DNA of 64,000 bases from Myxococcales bacterium (GCA_047601445.1 JASGJH010000001.1:2240001-2304000); one strand, 5' to 3'; counted from the first letter of the stretch, positions 22,919-31,917 are shown. Numbers and translations: made by a program. Notes: generated by a model from the sequence alone, not told the origin.

Positions 22919-23836
22919 CTAACGGCGCAACGAGCGGACGCCGGCCTTGTGGACCTTACCAGAGAGTTCGTGGCCAACGACAGCGGCAGCAACTTTGCCT
23001 GCCTCCCAGAGCTTGTCGAGGTCAATGCCGGTCTCGACGCCCATTCCATGCAACATGAAGACGAGGTCCTCGGTGGCCAGGTTGCCAGCGGCACCTGGCG
23101 CATAGGGGCAGCCGCCTAGCCCGCCCACGGACGCGTCGAAGGTGCGGATGCCGTTCTCCAGGCCCACCAACACGTTGGCGAGCGCGGTGCCGCGTGTGTC
23201 GTGCATGTGCATGGCGAGCTGATCGGGGGCGAACTCGCCTAAGAATCTCCTCAGGATGTCCTGGGTCTGACGTGGGGTACCCACCCCGACCGTGTCGCCG
23301 AGCGACACCTCGTAGCAGCCCATTTCCAGGAGGGTCCGCGCAATCTTCAAGCCCTGGGCGGGGTCGATTTCGCCTTCGAACGGGCAACCCCACAACGTCG
23401 ACACATAGCCCCGCACGCGCAGTCCGTACTCGACGGCCGGGGCAACCACGTCACGAAACCGCGCCAAAGTGTTGGCGATGGTGTCGTTGACGTTGCGACG
23501 GTTGTGGGTCTCGCTGGCGCTGACGAACACCGCCAGCTCCGGGATGCCGCACTTCTTGGCCCGCTCCAGGCCGCGCGCGTTGGGGCAGAGGGCGCTGTAC
23601 TGAGCCAGCCCGGGGGGGAGCATGCGCAGCACCTCCTCGGCGTCAGCCAACTGGGGGATCCACTTGGGCGACACGAAGCTCGTCACCTCGATGCGAGAGA
23701 CCCCGGCGCTGACCAGCGCCTCGATCAAACGCACCTTGCGCGTGGTCGGCACGGTAACGGCTTCGTTTTGAAGCCCATCCCGAGGCGAGACTTCGTAGAC
23801 CGAGACCTTGTCAGGCAGTGCATTGAACATGGCCAC
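22919..23836 (-). CDS. hydroxymethylglutaryl-CoA lyase
   Basis: EVSPRDGLQNE, SFVSPKWIPQLAD, HMHDTRG, GGLGGCPYAPGAAGNLATED; alternative start ATG at 23830. Confidence 0.93.
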   Translation of the reverse strand: MAMFNALPDKVSVYEVSPRDGLQNEAVTVPTTRKVRLIEALVSAGVSRIEVTSFVSPKWIPQLADAEEVLRMLPPGLAQYSALCPNARGLERAKKCGIPELAVFVSASETHNRRNVNDTIANTLARFRDVVAPAVEYGLRVRGYVSTLWGCPFEGEIDPAQGLKIARTLLEMGCYEVSLGDTVGVGTPRQTQDILRRFLGEFAPDQLAMHMHDTRGTALANVLVGLENGIRTFDASVGGLGGCPYAPGAAGNLATEDLVFMLHGMGVETGIDLDKLWEAGKVAAAVVGHELSGKVHKAGVRSLRR

Positions 23837-23847
23837 GACAAGGATTC

Positions 23848-24428
23848 ATAGGAGAAGAAGAGGAAAATGGCCAGAGGGCGAAACTGTGGCGGTGGCGGTC
23901 GCCGTGACCGTGGCGGTGCGGTGGCCGTGGCCGGAGCCGTGGTGGTGGCGGAGGAGACCGTGGCCGTGGCTCTGGCCTGACGGGAGCGGTGGCGGGAACT
24001 GAGCTGGAAGCAGCACGGGCCCGAGCACGACTGCGTGAGTCAGCACGGAGCACAGTGAAGGCGCACGCGGACGCGCACGCCGATTCCCAACGCTCGACGG
24101 GGTGGTGCCCTATTTGCTGCCTGGCGCGAGGGGCTCAACGGGATGCTGCCCTATTTGCTGCCTGGCGCGAGGGGCTCAACCGGCCGCGAGATCCCGCCGT
24201 CCACTTCAACTGAAGCGATAAGAGACTTACGCCGCAGCGACGACTGGCACCCGTCATGGCCACGGTTCACAGCCACCGTCTCCGACCACCACCACGGTTC
24301 CGGCCACTGCCACCGCCACGGCCTCGGCCATTCGCCACTGCCACGGCCTCCGCCTCCGCCTCCGGCCACGGTCTCCGCCACGGCCATCGCCACTGGCCCG
24401 TCTCCGCCTCGGCCACGGTCTTCTTCTA
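23848..24428. repeat. intergenic element with long imperfect inverted arms built from GTGGCC/GTGGCG-type hexamers
   Basis: Left arm ~23848-23987, right arm ~24247-24428; 23918-23948 matches the reverse complement of 24286-24316 at 29/31 nt. Confidence 0.75.
24092..24183. repeat. 41-bp tandem duplication (~2.2 copies)
   Basis: TGCCCTATTTGCTGCCTGGCGCGAGGGGCTCAAC is identical at 24106-24139 and 24147-24180. Confidence 0.9.
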
Positions 24429-25735
24429 TTCGCCCATGAATGCGGTGAGCACGTTGATCATCGGCTCGACGTCCGCGGTGGCCGCCATTTCACGGGCGCT
24501 GTGCATGCTGAGCATCGGGTTGCCCACGTCGACGGTACGGATGCCCAGGCGTGCCGCCGTGATGGGGCCGATGGTGCTGCCGCAGCCTAGGTCCGAGCGC
24601 ACCACGAAGCGCTGGGTTCGCGCGTCCACGGAGCGCGCCAGTTGCTCGAACAGCGCCCAGGTCTCACCGTCCGTGCCGTACCCCTGATTGGAGTTGCTCT
24701 TGATCACGGGTCCCTGTCCGAGCAGGGGCCGATGACCCGGCTCGTGGCGGTCGGCGTAGTTCGGGTGGACTCCGTGGGCCATGTCGCTCGAGACCAGGTA
24801 AGACCGCGCGATCGCCCGCGCCAGCCGGGTCTCACTAAAGGGCCCATGGGCCTCGAGCACGCGGGAAAGCAAAGAACGGACGAACAGCGAGCCCGCTCCA
24901 CGCGCGCTCTGACTGCCGACTTCCTCGTGGTCGAACAGGATGATGCCCCGAGTCTGAGGTTTGGCCCCCTTCGCCTGCAGCAGCGCCCACAACGCTGCAT
25001 GGCACCCCGCCAAGTTGTCGATGCGTGGCGCGAACAGGAATTCGCCGCCCAGCCCGCCGATCTGCGACGGCTCGCAGGCGAACAGGCTCAGGTCCCAGCC
25101 CAGCACTTGCTCGGGCGTAACCTTGGCGCCGTCGAGCGCCGTCGCCAGTACATCGCGCAACGAAAACCCGGTGCGGTCGCCCAAGCCACACAGAGGCACC
25201 AGATGCTGTTGGGCGTTGAGGCTCAAGCTATCGTTGACCCCGCGATTGAGGTGGATGGCGAGGTTCGGGATGCGCAGCAAGGCATCCGGCAAGCGCACCA
25301 AGTGGCTCTCACAAGCTTGAGCAGCCCCCCTTTGCGCCCCACCACGACGCGCCCTGCAATCGACAAATCGCGATCGAGCCACGTGCTGTAGAGGGCGCCA
25401 CCATAGACCTCCACGCCGAGCTGCCGGTGTCCTTCTTTCACGACCTCGGGCTGGGGCTTGATGCGCAACGTGGGGGAGTCCGTGTGGGCTCCGATCAAGC
25501 GAAACCCGGCCTCCTCGGGCGCCTCATTGCCCACCTCGAAGGCCGCTAGACTCGCATCCCCACGCACCACGAAGAAGCGCGCCCCCGGCTCGAGCTCCCA
25601 AGCATCGCCCTCCGACAGCTGTCGGTAGCCGGCGCTCGTTAAACGTCGGGCGGTCTCGCTGACGGCGTGAAAGGGCGAGGGACTCGCGTCGATGTAGGCG
25701 AGCAGATCTTTGGCAAGAGTGGTGTTGGTGTCCAC
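24426..25735 (-). CDS. apeB: M18 family aspartyl aminopeptidase, with a one-base-deletion frameshift near 25310-25330
   Basis: ASPSPFHAV, GAHTDSP, YGGALYSTWLDRDL, IPNLAIHL, DHEEVGS, DMAHGVHPNY, CGSTIGP, LSMHSARE; adding one G to the G6 run (25325-25330) joins the two ORFs. Confidence 0.88.
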
Positions 25736-25758
25736 GCCAAGAGACTAAACCAGCCGGA

Positions 25759-25965
25759 TCAAACCAGCTCGAACTCTTTGCAGAACACGAGCGGCGCAGC
25801 CTCGGCCTGCTCGGCCCGATAGCGTCCCTCGCGGTGCTCGGCGTTGGGGTAGCCGTGCATGCAGCGCTCGCGCTCGACGTGGAAGTACGTGCAGTGCTCG
25901 CAGGTGAAACGCAGCGCGAAACGCTGTTCCTGTTCCACGAAGGTCGGCAGCCTCTGCTGCCTCAC
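25759..25965 (-). CDS. small Cys/His-rich (putative Zn-binding) hypothetical protein
   Basis: CEHC...C.HGYP...H...FCKEFEL; GTG start overlaps the rpiB stop (GTGA). Confidence 0.65.
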   Translation of the reverse strand: MRQQRLPTFVEQEQRFALRFTCEHCTYFHVERERCMHGYPNAEHREGRYRAEQAEAAPLVFCKEFELV

Positions 25966-26399
25966 GGGTTGATCTTGGCGACGCGCCCCGCGTGGCGTCC
26001 GCCCTCGAATTCAGCGCCCAAGAACGCATCGAGGATGTCGAGCGCGGTGTCGCTGCCCACCACGCGCGCGCCGACGCACAGCACGTTGGCGTCGTTGTGC
26101 TTGCGCGACATGCGCGCGCTCAGGGGCTCGCTGCACACCACGGCCCGCACGCCCGCGTGCCGGTTGACCGCGATGGACATGCCCACGCCGGTGCCACACA
26201 CCAGCAGCCCCCGCGCGACGCTGCCTTCTTCCACCGCACGCCCCAGTGCGTGGGCGAAATCCGGATAGTCGCAAGAGGCGGTGCCGTGGGTCCCGAAGTC
26301 CTGTACCTCGAAGCCGCGTCGCTCGAGCTCCGCGACCAGCACCTTCTTGAGCTCGAGACCGGCGTGATCGGACGCCACTCCCATGCGTTGCTTCGACAT
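25962..26399 (-). CDS. rpiB: ribose-5-phosphate isomerase B
   Basis: ASDHAG, DYPDFA, CGTGVGMSIAVN, SRKHNDANVL, FEGGRHAGRV. Confidence 0.95.
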   Translation of the reverse strand: MSKQRMGVASDHAGLELKKVLVAELERRGFEVQDFGTHGTASCDYPDFAHALGRAVEEGSVARGLLVCGTGVGMSIAVNRHAGVRAVVCSEPLSARMSRKHNDANVLCVGARVVGSDTALDILDAFLGAEFEGGRHAGRVAKINP

Positions 26400-26410
26400 C
26401 GGTCCGTCTT

Positions 26411-27652
26411 TCACTGATGCTTCGCCAAGATCAGCGAAGCGTTGGTGCCACCAAAGCCAAACGAGTTGGAGAGCACGTACTTGAGCGCACGCGGGCGCGA
26501 CTCGTGGGGCACCAGGTCGATGTCCCGGGCCTCTTCGTCGGGCTCGTCGAGATTGATGGTGGGAGGCACCACGCCCTCGTGCAGCGCCAGGGTGCACAGC
26601 AGCGCTTCGAGGCCGCCGGCCGCTCCGAGCAAATGGCCCGTCATGGACTTGGTGCTGGAGACCCACAACTTCGAGCTCGCGTGATCGCCGAACACCTGAC
26701 GGATCGCTTTGAGCTCGAGCAGGTCGCCCACCGGCGTGGACGTACCGTGGGCGTTCACGTAGTCGATCTGGTCGGCGTTGAGCTTGGCGTCTTGAAGCGC
26801 AGCCTGCATGGCGCGCTGAGCCCCCTCACCTTCCGGAGCCGGTTGCGTCAGGTGATAGGCGTCGGCCGAGGCACCGTAGCCGATGACCTCCGCATAGATG
26901 GTGGCCCCGCGCTTGACGGCGTGCTCGCGCTCCTCGAGGAAAAGCAGGCCGGCACCCTCGGCGATCACGAAGCCATCTCGCCCCGCGTCCCAGGGCCGAC
27001 TCGCCTTCTCGGGCGCGTCGTTGCGCTTGCTGACGGCGCGCATGGCAGCGAAACCTGCCACACCGAGGGGCGTCACCGCGGCCTCCGCGCCACCCGCAAC
27101 GCAGGCGTCGATCTCCCCGCGGACGATGGTGCGAAACGCCTCGCCGATGGCATGCGCCCCCGACGAGCACGCGCTGGTCGTGGTGTAGCTGACGCCCTTG
27201 AGGCCGTACTTCATGGAGATCTGGCCGGGAGCCAGGTTGGAGATGGTGGCCGGAATGAAATAGGGGCTGATGCGATTGGGCCCCTTCTCAGCCAACACCT
27301 TGCACATGTTCTCGATGTAGCCGAGGCCTCCGATGCCTACACCCACGAGGGTCCCCGTGCGCAGCTTGATCGGGTCGTCCTCGCCGATGCCCGCCGTGCG
27401 CATGGTCTCCTCGGCCGCGCCCATGGCGAGGTGGATGAAGCGGTCCATCGAGCGGATGTCGCGCTTGGGGACGAAGCGCTCGGCGTTGAACCCCTTGCAT
27501 TCGCCGGCAATTCTCGAGGCGTAGTCGGTGACATCGAAGAGGCTGATCGGCGCGATGCCGCTCTTGCCAGCCTTGATGGAGCCCCAGGTTGTCGTGCTGT
27601 CGAGTCCACAGGGGCTCACTGCACCGATGCCCGTAATAACCACCCTACGCAT
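26411..27652 (-). CDS. fabF: 3-oxoacyl-ACP synthase II
   Basis: RRVVITGIG, TSACSSGAH, NAHGTST, SSTKSMTGHLLGAAG, SNSFGFGGTNA. Confidence 0.97.
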   Translation of the reverse strand: MRRVVITGIGAVSPCGLDSTTTWGSIKAGKSGIAPISLFDVTDYASRIAGECKGFNAERFVPKRDIRSMDRFIHLAMGAAEETMRTAGIGEDDPIKLRTGTLVGVGIGGLGYIENMCKVLAEKGPNRISPYFIPATISNLAPGQISMKYGLKGVSYTTTSACSSGAHAIGEAFRTIVRGEIDACVAGGAEAAVTPLGVAGFAAMRAVSKRNDAPEKASRPWDAGRDGFVIAEGAGLLFLEEREHAVKRGATIYAEVIGYGASADAYHLTQPAPEGEGAQRAMQAALQDAKLNADQIDYVNAHGTSTPVGDLLELKAIRQVFGDHASSKLWVSSTKSMTGHLLGAAGGLEALLCTLALHEGVVPPTINLDEPDEEARDIDLVPHESRPRALKYVLSNSFGFGGTNASLILAKHQ

Positions 27653-27704
27653 TGTTCAGCCCCCGCACGTCGCCACCCCTTGAGCCGGTACGGCGCGCGC
27701 ATCA

Positions 27705-27729
27705 GAAAAGGGAGTGACACAGCCCCCTT
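27705..27729 (-). terminator. second terminator-like hairpin between acpP and fabF
   Basis: Minus strand AAGGGGG-CTGTGTCA-CTCCCTT followed by TTCT. Confidence 0.45.
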
Positions 27730-27751
27730 GACCACGCCAGCTGCCATAACG

Positions 27752-27778
27752 AAAAGGGGCACCCGATGGGCGCCCCTC
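27752..27778 (-). terminator. intrinsic terminator downstream of acpP
   Basis: Minus strand GGGGCGCCC-ATC-GGGTGCCCC-TTTT. Confidence 0.7.
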
Positions 27779-27899
27779 GAACATGTTGCCAGTGACAACG
27801 TTGCGGACCGTTCGGGCGCCGCTCGCCGACCTGCTCCTGCAGAGCCTGACCAATCGCGGCGTGATGCCGAACTACGTGCCGCTCACCGGCACGCCGGCT

Positions 27900-28136
27900 T
27901 CACTTGCCCTTGTGCTCTTGGATGTAGGAGATGGCGTCTCCCACGGTGCGGATCTTCTCGGTGTCTTCGTCGGGAATGTCGATCTCGAACTGCTCCTCGA
28001 ACGCGAGCACGAGCTCGACGATGGCAAGGGAGTCGGCTCCCAAATCATCGATGAACGAAGCGGCCTCTTTGACTTCGGCCAAGTCGACATCGAGCTGCTG
28101 GGAGATGATCTCCTTAACCTTGTCGGCGATTTCCAT
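27900..28136 (-). CDS. acpP: acyl carrier protein
   Basis: [29 protein letters not shown]; phosphopantetheine Ser in DSL. Confidence 0.97.
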   Translation of the reverse strand: MEIADKVKEIISQQLDVDLAEVKEAASFIDDLGADSLAIVELVLAFEEQFEIDIPDEDTEKIRTVGDAISYIQEHKGK

Positions 28137-28216
28137 CCGTTCCTCCGAAACCTCAAGGGCGGCCTCGACCGCCCTACTTTTGCTCGCGCGTAGAACTCCG
28201 CGCTCGACATCTGGGT

Positions 28217-28260
28217 GGCCGGAAAAGCCGGCCCTTCAAAAATGGCCGGGAAGACCGGCC
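28217..28260 (-). terminator. twin GGCCGG-N5-CCGGCC hairpins after fabG; the first is followed by ATTTTT
   Basis: Hairpins at 28244-28260 and 28217-28233, immediately after the fabG stop. Confidence 0.5.
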
Positions 28261-28264
28261 TCCA

Positions 28265-29012
28265 TCACACGTACATTCCGCCGTTGACCCGTAGCACCTG
28301 ACCAGTGATGTAGCTCGCTTCTTCGGACGCGAGAAACAACACAGCTGCCGCTACTTCCTCGGGGCGTCCCACGCGCCCGAGCGGCGTCTGATCGACGATG
28401 CCCTTCTGCACCGCCTCCGGGAGCGAAGACGTCATGTCGGTATCGATGAAGCCCGGCGCAACCACGTTGACGGTGATTCCGCGCGATGCGTACTCCCGAG
28501 CCAGTGTCTTCGTCAACCCGATTATGCCCGCCTTGGAAGCCGAGTAAACCGCCTGTCCGGGGTTGCCCGACTCGGCCACCACACTCGACAGGTTGATGAT
28601 GCGACCCTGCTTGGCCTTCATCATCGTGCGGATGGCTGCCTTGGCGCAGTACAGGGGACCGGCGACGTTGATGGCGAACGTGCGGTCAATCTCCTCCTGC
28701 TTCACCCGCAGGAGGAATCTGATCCATGGCAATGCCGGCGTTGTTGACCAGGATGTCCACCCGCTTGTGAGCGTCGGTGATCTCCTTGAACGCCTGCTGC
28801 ACGGCCTCTTCGCTGGCCACATCGAATTGCTTGAGCTCGCCGCGACCACCGGCCTGGAGGATCTCATCGAGCACCTCCCGGGCCTTGGCCTCGTTGCCCG
28901 CGTAGTTCACCACCACATGGGCGCCTGCGCGCGCGAGCACGACGGATATCGCACGACCGATGCCGCGCGAACCGCCCGTGACGACCGCCACCTTCCCGTC
29001 GAGCCGAAACAT
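28265..29012 (-). CDS. fabG: 3-oxoacyl-ACP reductase, with an apparent +1 frameshift at 28715-28719
   Basis: TGGSRGIG, NNAGI, SSVV, YSASKAG, VAPGFIDTDMT, VNGGMY; removing one base gives 248 aa. Confidence 0.93.
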
Positions 29013-29021
29013 GCCTAAGCC

Positions 29022-29213
29022 TTAGGCCTGCTCGTTCGAGGTCTTGACGACTTCCTTACCCTTGTAGTGTCCACACGCCGGGCAAACCCGGTGAGCCACC
29101 ATCACGTCCCCGCAGTTCGGGCAGGGAATGAGGTTGGGTGCACTGACCTTGTCGTGGTTGGCGCGGCGGGAATTTCGCCGAGACCGCGGGGTCTTTCTCT
29201 TCGGAACGGCCAC
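29022..29213 (-). CDS. rpmF: 50S ribosomal protein L32 (Zn-ribbon type)
   Basis: MAVPKRKT, CPNCG..HRVCPACGHY. Confidence 0.97.
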   Translation of the reverse strand: MAVPKRKTPRSRRNSRRANHDKVSAPNLIPCPNCGDVMVAHRVCPACGHYKGKEVVKTSNEQA

Positions 29214-29217
29214 GGAA

Positions 29218-29823
29218 TCACTCCTTCTCGCGCTCGCCCTTTTTGGCGAGCTTCATTAACGGTGCAAGACGAGGGTCGATAGCACCCTCGCCGAAACCTT
29301 TGGAGGAATGCACGCCTTCCGGCGCTCGCATGTCCTCGGGCACGTCCAGGTTGGGGCACTCCCAACCGAGATCGCACTTGGGCTGCATGGGCAGCTCGAG
29401 CAGCAGATAGTCCCGCACCAGGTCGTCGATGAGCACCTGATCGCCCGTGTAAAACTCACGATCGGGCTGGTCGGGATCGATATCGTCGTCTTCTTCGTTG
29501 TCCTGGTGGTGCGCCGCGCGACCTTCGGTCTCGCTGGTGGGCGCGTAGAGCGCCGCCAGGTCGCACTCGACCTCGAGCGGCAAACCCTTGAGACAACGAG
29601 CGCATTCGGTGATGAGCCGGGCCCGCGCGTGGCCGTGAACGAGGATCTCGCGGCCGTTGCGCTGCGCGTGCACCTCAACGGCCCCAGGGCCCTGCGAGGT
29701 GTCGCCGTGCACGCCGGTGTCTGCCAGGACACGCTCCAGCCACGCCTCGTCGAGAGCAAAGACGAAGTCTTTGCCCTGAGCATCGAGGTCATGGATGGGT
29801 ATCGACAAATCGGCCATTTTCAC
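29218..29823 (-). CDS. yceD: YceD / DUF177 family protein
   Basis: ECARCL, LLLELPMQPKC, IDPRLAPL; position upstream of rpmF. Confidence 0.9.
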   Translation of the reverse strand: MKMADLSIPIHDLDAQGKDFVFALDEAWLERVLADTGVHGDTSQGPGAVEVHAQRNGREILVHGHARARLITECARCLKGLPLEVECDLAALYAPTSETEGRAAHHQDNEEDDDIDPDQPDREFYTGDQVLIDDLVRDYLLLELPMQPKCDLGWECPNLDVPEDMRAPEGVHSSKGFGEGAIDPRLAPLMKLAKKGEREKE

Positions 29824-29898
29824 GAATCATTTCGCCAGGATAGACGCTTTAACGGCCGGCGAAGCGGAGCCGGAAGGGTAGCTCGCACACCTAGGCTG

Positions 29899-30849
29899 TC
29901 AAGGTGCGGCCGAAAGGCCGTTGGCGGTCACCCGCAAGGTAGCCACCGCAGGCGGCAGGCGCCCGCCGTCGGCACGGAGAGCGCCGGTTCGACCAAGACG
30001 CGGGACCACCATCGCCAACCCGCTCGGCTTGGGCCCTGGTGCGGGCTGCATGGCCTGGACCTCGGGATACGCGAAGATTCCACCGCGAGCGCCGATCGCC
30101 TGGGCGAGCTTGGCGAGTTCGGGGCTGCCCACGTCCCCCTGCCCTGCGGTGCGCGTGATTCCCCAGCCGGCCGGCGCGTTCCAACCGAGCAGCCAGGTGT
30201 GCTCCTTGTCGGAGCGGCCCAGCGCCTCCTCGAGTGCGTCGAGGTCGGCCTGCTCGAAGCCACAGCTGCGCTCGTCGCGCGCGTAGCGACCCAGGGCAGC
30301 GCCCGGCAAGATCGCGAAGCGCTCCTTGTTGAGGCGCAGCTCGCGCAGGCCGCTGCCGTGCACCATGAACTCGGCACTTTGATCATCGAGGTGCTCGAAC
30401 GCGGCGTCGACGAGCTCGAGCTGATCGGCGCCACCCGGGATGAACAGAGTGGGAACGCGCAGGCCGGCCAGCGCAGTCAGATTGGCGCTGGCGATTTCGA
30501 GGGTGTCCCCGAGGCCGCCGAGATAGAGCAGGACACTGGGCTTGGTGTCCGCCAAGCGCGCCAGGTCCGTGCGCGAGAAGGCGCCCCCCACCGGGCCCGT
30601 AAACGCGGCTACACGCAGCTCTCCAGACCCGCGCAGGGTGAGTGTGCGCTCCTCGATTTGCAGCTCCAAGCCGGCCAGCTTGCTCGTGCGTTCGCTCGGC
30701 GCAGCATGCTCCGCGCAGCGGACGAAGGCGAAGGAGTCCACCTCACCGCCCATGCGCGAACAGCTGCAAGCCTGCATGCCTAGCGCGAGCGAAAAGTGTG
30801 CTGACCACCAAAGCTTGGTCAAAGCGCGTAAACCCATGGGACCGGCCAT
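29899..30849 (-). CDS. metallophosphoesterase-fold protein with degenerate metal motifs, possibly a lipoprotein
   Basis: PSVLLYLGGLG, PTLFIPGGAD, DVGSPEL spacing like calcineurin-like motifs but lacking the Asp/Asn/His ligands. Confidence 0.5.
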   Translation of the reverse strand: MAGPMGLRALTKLWWSAHFSLALGMQACSCSRMGGEVDSFAFVRCAEHAAPSERTSKLAGLELQIEERTLTLRGSGELRVAAFTGPVGGAFSRTDLARLADTKPSVLLYLGGLGDTLEIASANLTALAGLRVPTLFIPGGADQLELVDAAFEHLDDQSAEFMVHGSGLRELRLNKERFAILPGAALGRYARDERSCGFEQADLDALEEALGRSDKEHTWLLGWNAPAGWGITRTAGQGDVGSPELAKLAQAIGARGGIFAYPEVQAMQPAPGPKPSGLAMVVPRLGRTGALRADGGRLPPAVATLRVTANGLSAAP

Positions 30850-31070
30850 GTATCACACGGGGGCGCGGCGTGAGCGCCGAGGAGACGCCGATTCGGTCGA
30901 GAGGGCCAACTCACGGGGCGGCGCGGTCCTTGTGGATGCGCTAGAAAAGCCACTAGTTTCAGCGTCGCTGAACACGTAGCGCCAAGCACGGAGCGCGTCA
31001 CGCCCCCGTCGAAGTCGAACGGACGCGTCAGTGTCGCGAGCGCGTGGCCCCAGAGCGAGTGAGAGAAACC

Positions 31071-31913
31071 ATGAACGAGTCGTTTCGGCATTTCAAAGGC
31101 ACGAACAGCTACCTCACGAGCGAGGCCCTCGAGTCCGCGGTCAACGTCGCACTCGCCCTCGAGCGCCCCCTGCTTGTGAAGGGTGAGCCGGGCACCGGCA
31201 AGACTCTGCTCGCCGAAGCCATCTCGCAGGGACTCGACATGCAGCTCTTGCGCTGGCACGTGAAGAGCACCACGCGCGCCCAGGACGGCCTCTACGTGTA
31301 CGACACCGTGCAGCGTCTCTACGACTCGCGCTTCAACGACGGCGACGTCAAGGACATCAAGCGCTACATCAAGCTCGGGCCGCTCGGGCAAGCGTTTGCC
31401 TCCGACAAGCGCGTCGTGCTGCTCATCGACGAGATCGACAAGGCGGACCTCGAGTTCCCGAACGACCTCTTGCACGAGCTCGACCGCATGCGCTTCTTCA
31501 TCCCGGAGACGGGTGAAGAGATCGTGGCCAAGCAGCGCCCGGTGATGATCATCACCTCCAACAACGAGAAGGAGCTGCCCGACGCGTTCCTGCGCCGCTG
31601 CGTGTTCCACTTCATCGACTTCCCCGAAAAAGCCCTGATGCGCGACATCGTGGCCGTGCACCATCCGAAGCTCGACGAGTCTCTGGTGGATCAGGCCATC
31701 AACACGTTCTTCCAGATCCGCGAGATGCGCCGGCTGCGCAAGCGCCCGAGCACGAGCGAGCTCATCGACTGGATCTCGGCGCTCAAGGCCTCGGGCATCA
31801 AGAATGTGAAGCTCGAGAAGAACCTCCCCTTCCTCGGCACGTTGCTCAAGAAGGAACAGGACCTGATCGCCTACGCGGATCAAATCGCGGGCGGCTCGCA
31901 GTGGCGGTCGTGA
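31071..31913 (+). CDS. MoxR family AAA+ ATPase
   Basis: Walker A GEPGTGKT, Walker B LLIDEIDK, ITSNNEKELPDAFLRRC. Confidence 0.93.
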   Translation: MNESFRHFKGTNSYLTSEALESAVNVALALERPLLVKGEPGTGKTLLAEAISQGLDMQLLRWHVKSTTRAQDGLYVYDTVQRLYDSRFNDGDVKDIKRYIKLGPLGQAFASDKRVVLLIDEIDKADLEFPNDLLHELDRMRFFIPETGEEIVAKQRPVMIITSNNEKELPDAFLRRCVFHFIDFPEKALMRDIVAVHHPKLDESLVDQAINTFFQIREMRRLRKRPSTSELIDWISALKASGIKNVKLEKNLPFLGTLLKKEQDLIAYADQIAGGSQWRS

Positions 31914-31917
31914 CGCC

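Noticed and set aside
24092..24183. Possible mini-CRISPR (34-bp identical repeats)
   Set aside because: Only two copies, separated by 7 nt that are themselves part of a 41-bp tandem unit; no spacers and no cas genes.
23808..24439. Short ORFs with VAVAV / HGHG / WPWP translations
   Set aside because: By-products of the hexamer repeats; no RBS or coding signature.
349..29012. Calling the ocd-like gene, DUF7305-like gene, giant TPR gene, apeB and fabG pseudogenes
   Set aside because: Each is restored by single-base fixes at GATC sites or a homopolymer, with no other decay, and fabG is normally essential. Sequencing error is more parsimonious.
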